This document shows, piece after piece, positions 51,990-60,678 of a DNA stretch of 64,000 nucleotides; within the stretch, counting starts at the first letter, position 1; every line of letters starts with the position of its first letter. The translations under genes and the position numbers were made by a program. The notes beneath the pieces are model-generated. The model was not told where the DNA came from, made no database searches, and was given only the letters and a program-made list of their open reading frames with translations. The DNA is from Thermomicrobiales bacterium (lineage in GTDB: Bacteria > Chloroflexota > Chloroflexia > Thermomicrobiales > JALYUS01): contig JBBRLR010000004.1 in assembly GCA_038231255.1 (NCBI GenBank), positions 17,489 through 81,488 on the forward strand. Reading direction: 5' to 3'.

Positions 51990-53489
51990 TCAGTACGCGT
52001 TGCGGTCGCGGAAAATGAGGATGATGGTTTTGGCGATGATTTTCACATCGAAGAAGAGGGACCAGTTCTCGACGTAGTACAGGTCGTAGCGCGTCCGTTC
52101 CTCGATGCTCGTGTTGCCGCGCAGACCGTTCACCTGCGCCCAGCCGGTGATGCCCGCTTTCTCACGATGGCGGCGGGCGTAGCGGGGGATGGACTGCGTG
52201 AACTGATCCACGAAGACGGAGCGCTCCGGGCGCGGCCCGACGACGCTCATCTCACCGAGCAGCACATTGATGAACTGCGGGAACTCGTCGAGCGAGAAGC
52301 GGCGCATGAAGACGCCGAGCCGGGTACGGCGCGGGTCGTTGGGCGTCGTCCAGACCGGCCCGCTCTGCGCTTCCGCATCCTGCCGCATCGTGCGGTATTT
52401 GATGCACCAGAACGGCCTGCCATCCCGCCCGACCCGTTCCTGCACGAGAAAAACCGGGCCGGGTGAGGTTGCTTTGACGAGCAGGGCGAGGAGCATCAGC
52501 AGCGGCGAAAGGAAAATCAACGCCGCGAGCGAAACGAGAATGTCGAGCGTCCGCTTCAGCGCGCGATTCCAGCCCCGCAGCGCGATCGTTCGCACCTGCA
52601 CCATCGGCAGGCCACCAAGGTCGCCGATGCTCAACTCATTGTTGGTAATCAACTGGAAAGTATCCGGGTACACCGTGATGCTCACCGGGTCGTCGGCGCA
52701 ACGATCCACAAGATTGACGAGCCGCGCCTGCGACGCCCCGGCGAGGGCGATCAGCACCTCATCCACGCGCTCCATGCGCAGGATGTTCGGTAGGCAGTCC
52801 GTCGTGCCGAGGATGGGCAGGCCGAGCATTTCTCGCTCGTCCATCGGGTGGTCGAGGTCGTCCGCGATGAAGCCGACAACGTGATAGCCGAGGTGCGGCG
52901 AGCGGCGTACCGTCTCCAACACCGTACGGGCGGGTGATCCGGTGCCGACGATAACGGCGCGTTCGGCCGTCACGCCGTGTCGCCGCAGCGTGCCGATCAG
53001 AGCGGAATACATGAGCCTGCCGAAGGCGATGCAAACGATTGCCAGCGCCCAGCCGGACAGGAGCAACTGGCGGGTATAGACGAAGCGGCTGCCGAGCAGA
53101 AAGGAGTTGACGGCCAGTGCGAGCACGACGCCGACCGAGAGCGATGAGCAGAGTTTGGCGAACTCATCCACGCGCGAAACGCCGCGCTTGAGCGTGTACA
53201 GCCCGGCGACGTTGAACGAGGCGAGCGCCGTCACTTCCAGTACGGCGAGCATGATGATGTAGACGCGGCCCGGCGGCGGGAGGAATCCGCTGCTCGTCAG
53301 GCTCGCGTCGAGTCGGTACGCGAGCAAAAAAGCGGCGGCGAGGAGCATGATGTCCAGAAGGAGTTGCCCCGCTGCAATGATCAGCGTTGGCCAGCGCCGC
53401 CGCACATGGACGGGTAGCGCGGTTATCCGTGCGTCGGGATCATGAGGGTCCGAAGCCGTCGACGGCGCGACAACAATTTCAGCCGTCAT
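51990..53489 (-). CDS. Polyprenyl-phosphate glycosyl-phosphotransferase (WbaP/exopolysaccharide priming sugar transferase)
   Basis: N-terminal TM block and a central Rossmann-like segment. The C-terminal bacterial sugar transferase domain has RVGRDGRPFWCIKYRTM, DEFPQFINVLLGEMSVVGPRP and GITGWAQV. Confidence 0.85.
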   Translation of the reverse strand: MTAEIVVAPSTASDPHDPDARITALPVHVRRRWPTLIIAAGQLLLDIMLLAAAFLLAYRLDASLTSSGFLPPPGRVYIIMLAVLEVTALASFNVAGLYTLKRGVSRVDEFAKLCSSLSVGVVLALAVNSFLLGSRFVYTRQLLLSGWALAIVCIAFGRLMYSALIGTLRRHGVTAERAVIVGTGSPARTVLETVRRSPHLGYHVVGFIADDLDHPMDEREMLGLPILGTTDCLPNILRMERVDEVLIALAGASQARLVNLVDRCADDPVSITVYPDTFQLITNNELSIGDLGGLPMVQVRTIALRGWNRALKRTLDILVSLAALIFLSPLLMLLALLVKATSPGPVFLVQERVGRDGRPFWCIKYRTMRQDAEAQSGPVWTTPNDPRRTRLGVFMRRFSLDEFPQFINVLLGEMSVVGPRPERSVFVDQFTQSIPRYARRHREKAGITGWAQVNGLRGNTSIEERTRYDLYYVENWSLFFDVKIIAKTIILIFRDRNAY

Positions 53490-53642
53490 CGGACGCCCTC
53501 GGTAGATCGTGGATCACACACCGCGATGCTTCGCATACCAAATGTATACACCTTCTTCCGTCGTATCGCAAGAGAACAGGTGTACGTACGGAGTGAAAAG
53601 TAGTCGGTAGCCAGTATGAGGATCAACCCCTCTGACTACCGA

Positions 53643-54581
53643 CTACTGTCTGCTACTCGGCGCAGACGCCACGCGCCGTTTGCGGGCCGGTCGCAGTAAG
53701 TTTGCCAGTAGGGCGATAAGGCCGCGCGCGCCGATCCCGGTGTAGATGAGCAGGTTGAGGGGCAGGGCGGTTTGCCGCGCGTAATGCAGCCGGTGGAAGC
53801 GCCACATCGCGCCGTAAAAGGCGAACGTGGCGCGGATGCTCCGCTGGCTGCTCGACGAACCTTTGTAATGGAGAATGCGCACGCGCGGCTCGTACCGGAC
53901 GCGCCAGCCGCGCGCCTTGATCCGGTAGCACCAGTCGAGGTCCTCCCCGTACATGAAGAATCGCTCATCCATCAGCCCGGCAGCGTCAATCGCCGCGAGC
54001 CGGACCATCAGACACGCGCCCATGCCGCTGTCCATCTCGATCGCCTCGTCCGGGTCGCGGTAGGTGAGGTTGTACTGCGCGAAGCGGGAATTGTGCGGGT
54101 AGCGCGCCGCCATGCCCGTCAGTTTCCAGAAGGAGTTGAGTGGCGTCGGGAAGGAGCGGCGACAGGCAAGGTCGAGCGAGCCGTCCCGCAGCACGATCTT
54201 CGGCCCCACAACCCCTGCTTCCGGGTGCGCCGCCAGCACGCCCAGAAGCCCCGTCAGTGCGTCCGGCGGCATCGCCGTGTCCGCGTTGAGCAGGAGGACC
54301 GCGACGCGCGTCCGATCCGCGTCGTCTGGCACGGCAGCGACGATCTCCCGCAGTGCGAGGTTGTTGAGTGCCGCGTAGCCTCGGTTCTCTGCCGCGACGA
54401 TCAGCCGCACCGCCGGGAAATCGCGCCGTACACCCTCGGCGGTCCCGTCCGTCGAACCGGCATCCACGACATAGACCGTCGTCGGGATGCCCGGATGCGC
54501 CGCCGCTACCGACCGCAAGCAGTCCGGCAGGAGCGCGACATTGTTGTAGGACGAAACAACGATATACAACCGATCCATCAT
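53643..54581 (-). CDS. Glycosyltransferase family 2
   Basis: YIVVSSYNNVALLPDCLRSV, VYVVDAGSTDGT and the MYGEDLDWCYR (ED motif region). Start MMDRLY at 54581. Confidence 0.85.
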   Translation of the reverse strand: MMDRLYIVVSSYNNVALLPDCLRSVAAAHPGIPTTVYVVDAGSTDGTAEGVRRDFPAVRLIVAAENRGYAALNNLALREIVAAVPDDADRTRVAVLLLNADTAMPPDALTGLLGVLAAHPEAGVVGPKIVLRDGSLDLACRRSFPTPLNSFWKLTGMAARYPHNSRFAQYNLTYRDPDEAIEMDSGMGACLMVRLAAIDAAGLMDERFFMYGEDLDWCYRIKARGWRVRYEPRVRILHYKGSSSSQRSIRATFAFYGAMWRFHRLHYARQTALPLNLLIYTGIGARGLIALLANLLRPARKRRVASAPSSRQ

Positions 54582-54615
54582 CGTATTCACGGGCCGGAGG
54601 ATACCAGATTCGTCG

Positions 54616-55272
54616 CTATGGCGCGTCGAAGTAGAGATTGGGATTGAGCGGGATGTGCGGACCATAGCGGAGCGAGCGCACGGTGACGTCCGCCGGAACC
54701 TGGAAGACGAGCGTCCCCTTCACCTGCCCGCCGGACGAGAGCCGGAACCGGCTGGGGAGGTTGTTGACGCCTGTCGGGAAGACCTGATCGTATTCCCGGT
54801 CGTCGCTGCCGCGCAGTTTCCACGGCTCGCCGCTGATGCTGAAACGACCGGTGTTTTCGACCAGCACGTCAATCGTGATCTGCTTCGCCGCGGTATTCGG
54901 TGTCGGTGCGGCGCCGCCGACGCTGAGGATCGTCACGCGCGTCTTCATCAGGCCGACACCCTGCTTGAATGTCCCTGCGCTGTTTGGCGCGAGCGGGACA
55001 TGCACATCCGCCGTCCCCGCCGCGCTCCGCACCTGCCCAAAACTGAGGAACAGGACGATCGCCTGTACCGCGACGCCGACGACGATGATCGTCACGGCGA
55101 TCAGGATGCGCCTGCGCCGCTTCTCCGGCGGTTCCGGCGCGGGTAGCGGGAATGCGGGCTGCTGATGCGACGGCGAGTACTGCGGCGGGGCGTACTGCCC
55201 CGGCGGAGGCTGGTACGGCCACTGCGGATACGTCGGCTGCCACGGTGGGCCTTGGGGCGGTTGCTGTGCCAT
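54616..55272 (-). CDS. Pro/Gln-rich single-pass membrane protein with DUF4352-like extracellular domain
   Basis: PQ-rich N-terminus, TM ILIAVTIIVVGVAVQAIVLFL, and a beta-rich C-terminal domain (ITIDVLVENTG...WKLRGSDDREY...GTLVFQVP). Confidence 0.6.
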   Translation of the reverse strand: MAQQPPQGPPWQPTYPQWPYQPPPGQYAPPQYSPSHQQPAFPLPAPEPPEKRRRRILIAVTIIVVGVAVQAIVLFLSFGQVRSAAGTADVHVPLAPNSAGTFKQGVGLMKTRVTILSVGGAAPTPNTAAKQITIDVLVENTGRFSISGEPWKLRGSDDREYDQVFPTGVNNLPSRFRLSSGGQVKGTLVFQVPADVTVRSLRYGPHIPLNPNLYFDAP

Positions 55273-55304
55273 CCGATCACCATCCCATATTCATAGCATT
55301 TCCC

Positions 55305-56558
55305 CTACCCCCGCCCATGCGCGATCAGTTTCGCCTCGGGCAGGCGGCGGAGATGGAGCATGACGAGCAGGCCGACAAACGGGCCGGGGGCGAGGAAGGC
55401 GAACGTCCAGCGCCAGCCGAGATGGTCGCGCAGGATCGGCACGAGCCAGATCGTCACGACCGTCAGGGTGAAGCCGACCGCCAGTTGCAGCGTTAATGCC
55501 GTGCCGACGTACGACTGGTCCGCCAGTTCGGTGACGACCGTCGAGAATTGCGCCGAATCCGCGACGACGGTCACGCCCCAGACGAGGCCGACCGCGACGA
55601 CGACGGGAAAGGGCGCGCCGAACGCGAAGCCGATGCCGAGGGCGCACGCGCCGGAGATCGCCATCGCGGCGGCGGTCGTGCGCGTGCGGCCCCAGCGGTC
55701 GCCGAGGACGCCGCCGAGCCAGCAGCCGACCGCGCCGATGCCGATCACGGCGAAGGTGGCGAGCGCGGCGCTCCGGCGGGCGTTCGTCGTGCCGCGCGCC
55801 GTCAGGCTGTCCGTCGCGAAGGCGAGGAACCACGCCCACATCGCGTAGAGTTCCCACATGTGCCCGAAGTAGCCGAGCGAGGCGAGGCGGACGCCCCGGT
55901 TCGCGAAGACTTGACGGATTTGCTTCGGGTCGAACGGCGCGCGGGAAAAGGGGAACGGGCCGTCGTGGATCGTCAGGGCGGCGAGCAGCGCGCCCGCGAC
56001 GGTGAGGAGTGAGGTCGCGAGGATCACCGCGCGCCAGTGCAGGCCGCCGATACCGTTGACGAAGTGGGGCAGCGCAGAGCCGAGTGTCAGCGCGCCGACC
56101 ATCACGCCGAGCGCCATGCCTCGCCCGCGCCGGAACCACGTCGAGAGCAGTTTCAGTCCGACCGGATAGACCCCCGCGAGGAAAAATCCCGTCGCGAACC
56201 GTAGCGGGATGGCGAGGCCTGGCCCGTGCGCCAATACGATCCCTGCGTTGGCCGTCGCGGCGCCGAGCGCGGCGACGCAGAAAACCCACTTGGGCGGGAA
56301 AACATCGGCGAGTGTCAGCACGGCGGAAAGCACGGCCCCGGTGACAAAGCCGAGTTGCACGGCAATTGTCAGCAGCGACGCCTGATTGGTCGTCAGCCCC
56401 CACGCGGCGCGCACCTGCGGCACGACAGCGGAGGCCGAAAACCACGTCGTCATACTGAGCAGCACCGCCCCCGCCATCACCGCCAGCGCCCGCCACCGCC
56501 TAACCGGAAGGGCGTCGGCTTCAGCCTGAACCACCGCAACCACCGCTTTCCCTGCCAT
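55305..56558 (-). CDS. MFS transporter
   Basis: 417 aa with about 12 TM segments. Confidence 0.85.
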   Translation of the reverse strand: MAGKAVVAVVQAEADALPVRRWRALAVMAGAVLLSMTTWFSASAVVPQVRAAWGLTTNQASLLTIAVQLGFVTGAVLSAVLTLADVFPPKWVFCVAALGAATANAGIVLAHGPGLAIPLRFATGFFLAGVYPVGLKLLSTWFRRGRGMALGVMVGALTLGSALPHFVNGIGGLHWRAVILATSLLTVAGALLAALTIHDGPFPFSRAPFDPKQIRQVFANRGVRLASLGYFGHMWELYAMWAWFLAFATDSLTARGTTNARRSAALATFAVIGIGAVGCWLGGVLGDRWGRTRTTAAAMAISGACALGIGFAFGAPFPVVVAVGLVWGVTVVADSAQFSTVVTELADQSYVGTALTLQLAVGFTLTVVTIWLVPILRDHLGWRWTFAFLAPGPFVGLLVMLHLRRLPEAKLIAHGRG

Positions 56559-56589
56559 TGCTGCATCTCCAGATCACCTAGCCGGGGAG

Positions 56590-56713
56590 GACCGCAACGG
56601 CGCAAAGGACACAAAGAGCGCAAAGAAAGTTATGAGAGGGAAACCCTTGCAATCCCTCCCCTTGCTTCCTTCCCTCGTTGCGTCCTTTGCGCTCTTTGCG
56701 CCTTTGCGGTTCA
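56590..56713. repeat. Long decamer-arm hairpin (copy F7)
   Basis: gaccgcaacggcgcaaaggacacaaagagcgcaaagaaag ... cgttgcgtcctttgcgctctttgcgcctttgcggttc. The minus-strand tip tgaaccgcaaagg supplies the TGA of the S9 peptidase gene. Confidence 0.85.
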
Positions 56714-58648
56714 TTCAGTTTCATCTCCCGGTTTCAACCATTGATCGTACCAGGCGCGGACGCGGCGGAGGATGTCGCGCTGGTGGGCGCGCTCGCGGAC
56801 GCCGTGCGGCTCACGTGGGTAGATAACGAGTTGAACGGGCACGTTCTGTTCCCGCAAGGCGCGCGAGAAGCCGATGGCCTGTGAAACGGGCACACGGGCG
56901 TCTTCTTTGCCGTGGAGGATAAGGAGCGGGGTCGTGGCGTCTTTCGCGTAGGAGATTGGAGACAGACGGGCGGCATTGTGCGGGCCGGGGCCGTCCCACG
57001 GGCGGTCGCCGCCGAGCGCGGCCTCGAAGGTCGGCAGGTCGCTCGTCATCGTCATCATGTTCCAGTCGGAAACGCCCGCGCCCATCACGCCCGCCTTGAA
57101 GCGATGCGTCTGCGTGATCGTCCACGCGGTCATAAAGCCGCCCTGGCTCCAGCCGCCGATGCCGAGCCGGTCGGGGTCAGCAATGCCGCGCGCAACCGCC
57201 GCGTCCACCGCCGCTATGATGTCGCGGTAGTCCGCGCCGCCGACATCGCCGCGCGCCGCCGTCGCGAAGGCGTTGCCGTGCCCCATCCCGCCCCGGCAGT
57301 TCGGCATCAGCACCGCGTAGCCGTGCATCGCCAGCCACTGTCCCCAGTTCAATGGGCGGAGGTTCCAGCCATTCGTCCAGCGTGAATACGGCCCGCCGTG
57401 GACATAGACAACTGTCGGCAGCGGTCCTTCCGGCGCGTCCGGCGGCCGGATCAGGATGCCGTCGAGCGCGAGCCCGTCCGGCGCATCCCAATAAAACGGC
57501 TCCTGTTTGCCGAAGCGGACATCCCGCAACACTGCGTGGTGGTCGCTGACGCGGTGAAGTTTACCCGGTTGTCCCGTCCACAATTCGGGCGGTTCACTCC
57601 CCGCGCTCCGCACGGCCGCGATGACCGGTGCGGCAGTATGGGGCGGCATCGCCAGCGAGAACGCGCCGAGGTCGCCCGTCGGGTGCGCACAGAACAGGGC
57701 GGGCAGTCCGGTCGGCGTATTGATGTTGACAAGCTCCGTCGTTAGCCCCCGTGCGACGGCGATGGTGATACGGGGCTGGCCCGGCGCGGCGCGGAGATTT
57801 ATGGCGCACGCCATCTCATTGACACTGGGGCCGATCACGGTTGGCTCGCCGCCATCGGCGGATACAGCCCAGACGGTGTGGGAACACTGCGGCATCAGCT
57901 CGTGCGGCGCGACGAAGACGAGCATGTCGCCGATTGCCTCTGACTCGCTCCATGCGAGGTTGTTTCCACCCGTCGTCTGGCAGAGATGCCGCGCTTCACC
58001 GCCCGCTGCCAGGATCGTGAGGATCGCCGTTTTGTGCCGGTCATCCAGTTCCGGCGTCGGCTGGGCGAAGTAGGCAATTGTCGCGCTGTCCGGCGACCAG
58101 ACGCACTCGGTGATGTGCATATCGCCGGTCGGTAGCGTCGTCACCGCGCCACTGGCGAGATCGAGGAGATGGAGGCGGTCGTAGGACCATCGCTCGCCGT
58201 AGACATCGGCGTCGTCGCGCTCTTTTTCGCGCCGTTCGTCCGCGTCGGTCGGGTCGTCGGGCGCGAGAAAGGCGATGCGTGCGCCATCCGGCGACCACGC
58301 GAATGACGCGATGCTCTTCTTTCGCTCAACGAGTTTTTCGGCCTCGCCGCCGCTGGCGGGCATCCGGTAGAGCACCTTCGTGCCCCGGTTCGCACGGTCG
58401 GAAAGGAAGGCGAGCGTTCCGCCGCTCGGCGACCAGCGGGGCGTATCGTCGCGCCCACCGCCGAAGGTCCATTGCCGCGCCATCGCGGACCCGTCCGTCG
58501 GCGCGACCCAGATCGCCCCTTCCGGGTGGTCGCCCTCCTGCCCATAGCAGGCAGCGACATACGCGACGCGGCTCCCATCCGGCGACACATGCGGGTCGTC
58601 CGGGTAGGCGAGCGAAACGACTATCTCTTCCGTCAATGGCATCGGCAT
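56711..58648 (-). CDS. S9 family serine peptidase (acylaminoacyl/prolyl oligopeptidase type) with beta-propeller
   Basis: Propeller repeats (SPDGSRVAYV, WSPSGGTLAF, WSPDGARIAF). The catalytic domain has GGWSQGGFMT and HGKEDARVP. ATG 58648 (MPMPLTEE) follows ggaagga. The longer track ORF overlaps the next gene. Confidence 0.9.
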   Translation of the reverse strand: MPMPLTEEIVVSLAYPDDPHVSPDGSRVAYVAACYGQEGDHPEGAIWVAPTDGSAMARQWTFGGGRDDTPRWSPSGGTLAFLSDRANRGTKVLYRMPASGGEAEKLVERKKSIASFAWSPDGARIAFLAPDDPTDADERREKERDDADVYGERWSYDRLHLLDLASGAVTTLPTGDMHITECVWSPDSATIAYFAQPTPELDDRHKTAILTILAAGGEARHLCQTTGGNNLAWSESEAIGDMLVFVAPHELMPQCSHTVWAVSADGGEPTVIGPSVNEMACAINLRAAPGQPRITIAVARGLTTELVNINTPTGLPALFCAHPTGDLGAFSLAMPPHTAAPVIAAVRSAGSEPPELWTGQPGKLHRVSDHHAVLRDVRFGKQEPFYWDAPDGLALDGILIRPPDAPEGPLPTVVYVHGGPYSRWTNGWNLRPLNWGQWLAMHGYAVLMPNCRGGMGHGNAFATAARGDVGGADYRDIIAAVDAAVARGIADPDRLGIGGWSQGGFMTAWTITQTHRFKAGVMGAGVSDWNMMTMTSDLPTFEAALGGDRPWDGPGPHNAARLSPISYAKDATTPLLILHGKEDARVPVSQAIGFSRALREQNVPVQLVIYPREPHGVRERAHQRDILRRVRAWYDQWLKPGDETE

Positions 58649-58668
58649 GGCGGCGCTCCTTCCAGCCA

Positions 58669-59469
58669 CTATTCCCCCGCCCGTACCGCGACAATTTGCA
58701 GCCGCGCGCCATGTGCCGCCGAGAGGTCGAGCCAGCGGGCTTCCGCCGGGCCGGGGTCGGCGGTCAGGCAGGCGCTGTAGGGGCCGTCGCCGCGCGCGGC
58801 GAGCGAGGCAGTGAGCGGGCTTTGCGCGTCCGCCGGCTGCGCGAGTTCGATGCTGTACTGGCCGACAACATACGTCGCGGTATGAGCGCGCAGGTCCGGG
58901 TTGTCGCGCTCGACGAGCGGGAGGGCGTCGAGGAGTGCGGTGAACCGCTCCTTCGCGGCGGCGAGGTCGCCGACGGCAATCGTGAGGCTGAGGATGCCCG
59001 TCACGTTGTTCGCGTGCTGCGTCGCCTCGCCGTTCGGCACGCGCAGGCCGCGCGGCGTCACATCCTCGATGACGAAGGGGAGTTGGCCGGCGGGCGACAC
59101 GCTCGCGCTGCGCCATTGGAGTTGCACGCCGTCCAGCCGCGCACGCGCGCCGTCCATCGGCGCGTAGGGGAGGCCCGCCCCGGTGAGGCGCGCAACATCC
59201 GCCGCGAGATCGGTGCTGCCGAGGGCGAAGTCAATCAACCCGCCGCCGGCATCGAGGAAGCGGCGCCAGCGATGCTCGGAGGGTGTTGATGGGTTTTGGA
59301 AGGCGATCAGTTCGATGTACGCGCCATCCACGAAGGCGATCAGGGCGTTGTGCGTGCCGCCGGGGTGCGCGCCGCCGGGTATGACGGTGAAGCCAAGTCC
59401 CTCGTAGTCGCGGATGCCGGTCGCCAGGTCGGGGACGAGAATAACGCAATGGTCAATGCCGGTGAGCAT
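58669..59469 (-). CDS. VOC/glyoxalase-like two-domain protein
   Basis: MLTGIDHCVILVPDLATGIRDYEGLGFTVIPGGAHPGGTHNALIAFVDGAYIELI. Confidence 0.7.
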   Translation of the reverse strand: MLTGIDHCVILVPDLATGIRDYEGLGFTVIPGGAHPGGTHNALIAFVDGAYIELIAFQNPSTPSEHRWRRFLDAGGGLIDFALGSTDLAADVARLTGAGLPYAPMDGARARLDGVQLQWRSASVSPAGQLPFVIEDVTPRGLRVPNGEATQHANNVTGILSLTIAVGDLAAAKERFTALLDALPLVERDNPDLRAHTATYVVGQYSIELAQPADAQSPLTASLAARGDGPYSACLTADPGPAEARWLDLSAAHGARLQIVAVRAGE

Positions 59470-59616
59470 CAGTGCCGCCCTCCTTTGTCGTTCCGTCAGT
59501 GTCTCAGTTCTGTGGTGCAGCGTAGCATAAAGCGCGGGCAGTGGGCGGCCAACAGCGGGGAATGGACGAAGGCGGTATGATGGTCGTGAGCAGCAGTCGG
59601 AGACAGGAGACGCGCG

Positions 59617-59961
59617 ATGGCGGAATCAACGCAGCGGGAACAGCAGAGCCGGAATATGCACGCCCTGAGCAATCTTTCGCCGGACGAGCGGGCGGACGCC
59701 CTGATCGCGCAGTACATCGAGCCGCACCCCGGCAACCCCGGCATCGCGGAATATCGCCTGCACGTCGAGGAAAACGGGTAGCCAGTCTGGTCAATCATTG
59801 GGAGCCTGGAATTGGGCGCTGAAAATATTGACGAGATCATGCGGGACTACCAAATCTCGCGCGAGGCGGTCGAAGCGGCGCGGGCATATATGCGCGCCAC
59901 AATCAGGCGATTGACGATCCAGGCGATTGACGATCGGCTCGCCGCCAACCGCGCCTATTGA
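59617..59961 (+). pseudogene. DUF433-like antitoxin gene with in-frame TAG
   Basis: ATG 59617 after aggaga. The frame reads ...EYRLHVEENG, TAG (59779-59781), then PVWSIIGSLELGAENIDEIMRDYQISREAVEAARAY..., which is the DUF433 C-terminal pattern. Its TGA shares one nt with the next ATG. Confidence 0.55.
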
Positions 59962-60360
59962 TGGCACGATTCTATCTGGATGAAAATTATCCCGGTCGGG
60001 GTCGCATCCATGCTCGATGCGGCCGGACATACGACGCTCACCACTCGTGGCGCGAATAAACTTGGCACATGGGATGCCGATTAGATACTCTTCGCGACCG
60101 AGCAGGGTCGGACCATTGTGACACATGACTGGAGCGACGACCGGACGCTCCACGAGGCATGGACACGATGGTCTCCCCACTGGCGAGAACCGCGACTGCA
60201 TGCCGGCATCCTCGTCCTCGATAAAGGACACGGATTGGGAGCGGCCGATTATGTAGCGGCGATCTTGTCCTTCCTGTTAACCGCGCCGCCATCGCTCCCA
60301 AACGCCGTGTATGACTGGTTCGCGCGGGGCAGCGGTGTTTGGGAGCAGTGGCGACCCTGA
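59961..60360 (+). pseudogene. DUF5615-like (PIN-like toxin partner of DUF433) gene with frameshift and in-frame TAG
   Basis: MARFYLDENYP is followed by a +1 shift near 59994. The frame then reads VGVASMLDAAGHTTLTTRGANKLGTWDAD, TAG (60082-60084), ILFATEQGRTIVTHDWSDD... This matches the pattern LDEN...AGH...sDeeIL..A..egR.lvT.D.DF. Confidence 0.55.
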
Positions 60361-60612
60361 CATAAGGGGAGAATCGCAACAAGAACGCAAAGGTTTACCA
60401 ACTCGCTACTCGCTACTCCTCACTTCGCCGACGCCGACCGGGACGCCGCGACCGAGGAAAACAACCGCGCCGACGATCATCAAACCGCCCACGTTAACGG
60501 TACGCGTTGATACGAACAGTACGACACCATCAGCCGAGTCCGACTGCCCTTGCGCGTCAGTGGACGAACGTACGCAAAATCGGTACGATGGGTCTGACGA
60601 TTCGGGGATCCC

Positions 60613-60651
60613 ACTCCGAACCTCGAACCTCGAACCGCGAACTCCGAACCT
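60613..60651. repeat. cgaacctcgaac repeat (copy 4, single arm)
   Basis: ctccgaacctcgaacctcgaaccgcgaactccgaacc, just upstream of the yitJ-like RBS. Confidence 0.6.
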
Positions 60652-60678
60652 GCCAGGAGGCGACGATTGACGGGCAGC

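Noticed and set aside
58649-59116. N-terminal 156-aa extension of the S9 peptidase ORF (track start 59116).
   Set aside because: The extension is Arg-rich junk that overlaps the VOC-like gene at 58669-59469. ATG 58648 has a ggaagga RBS, and the family-like sequence starts there.
59779-60084. In-frame TAG codons in three decayed genes (59779, 60082, 50221) as evidence for amber reassignment or suppression.
   Set aside because: TAG terminates clearly intact genes in the same window, for example the methyltransferase at 7287-7289 and aconitase at 44910-44912. The three affected genes also show other defects.
60361-60678. SAM-I (S-box) riboswitch upstream of the yitJ-like gene.
   Set aside because: I could not find the conserved S-box core elements by eye. 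It is kept only as an open question in the findings.
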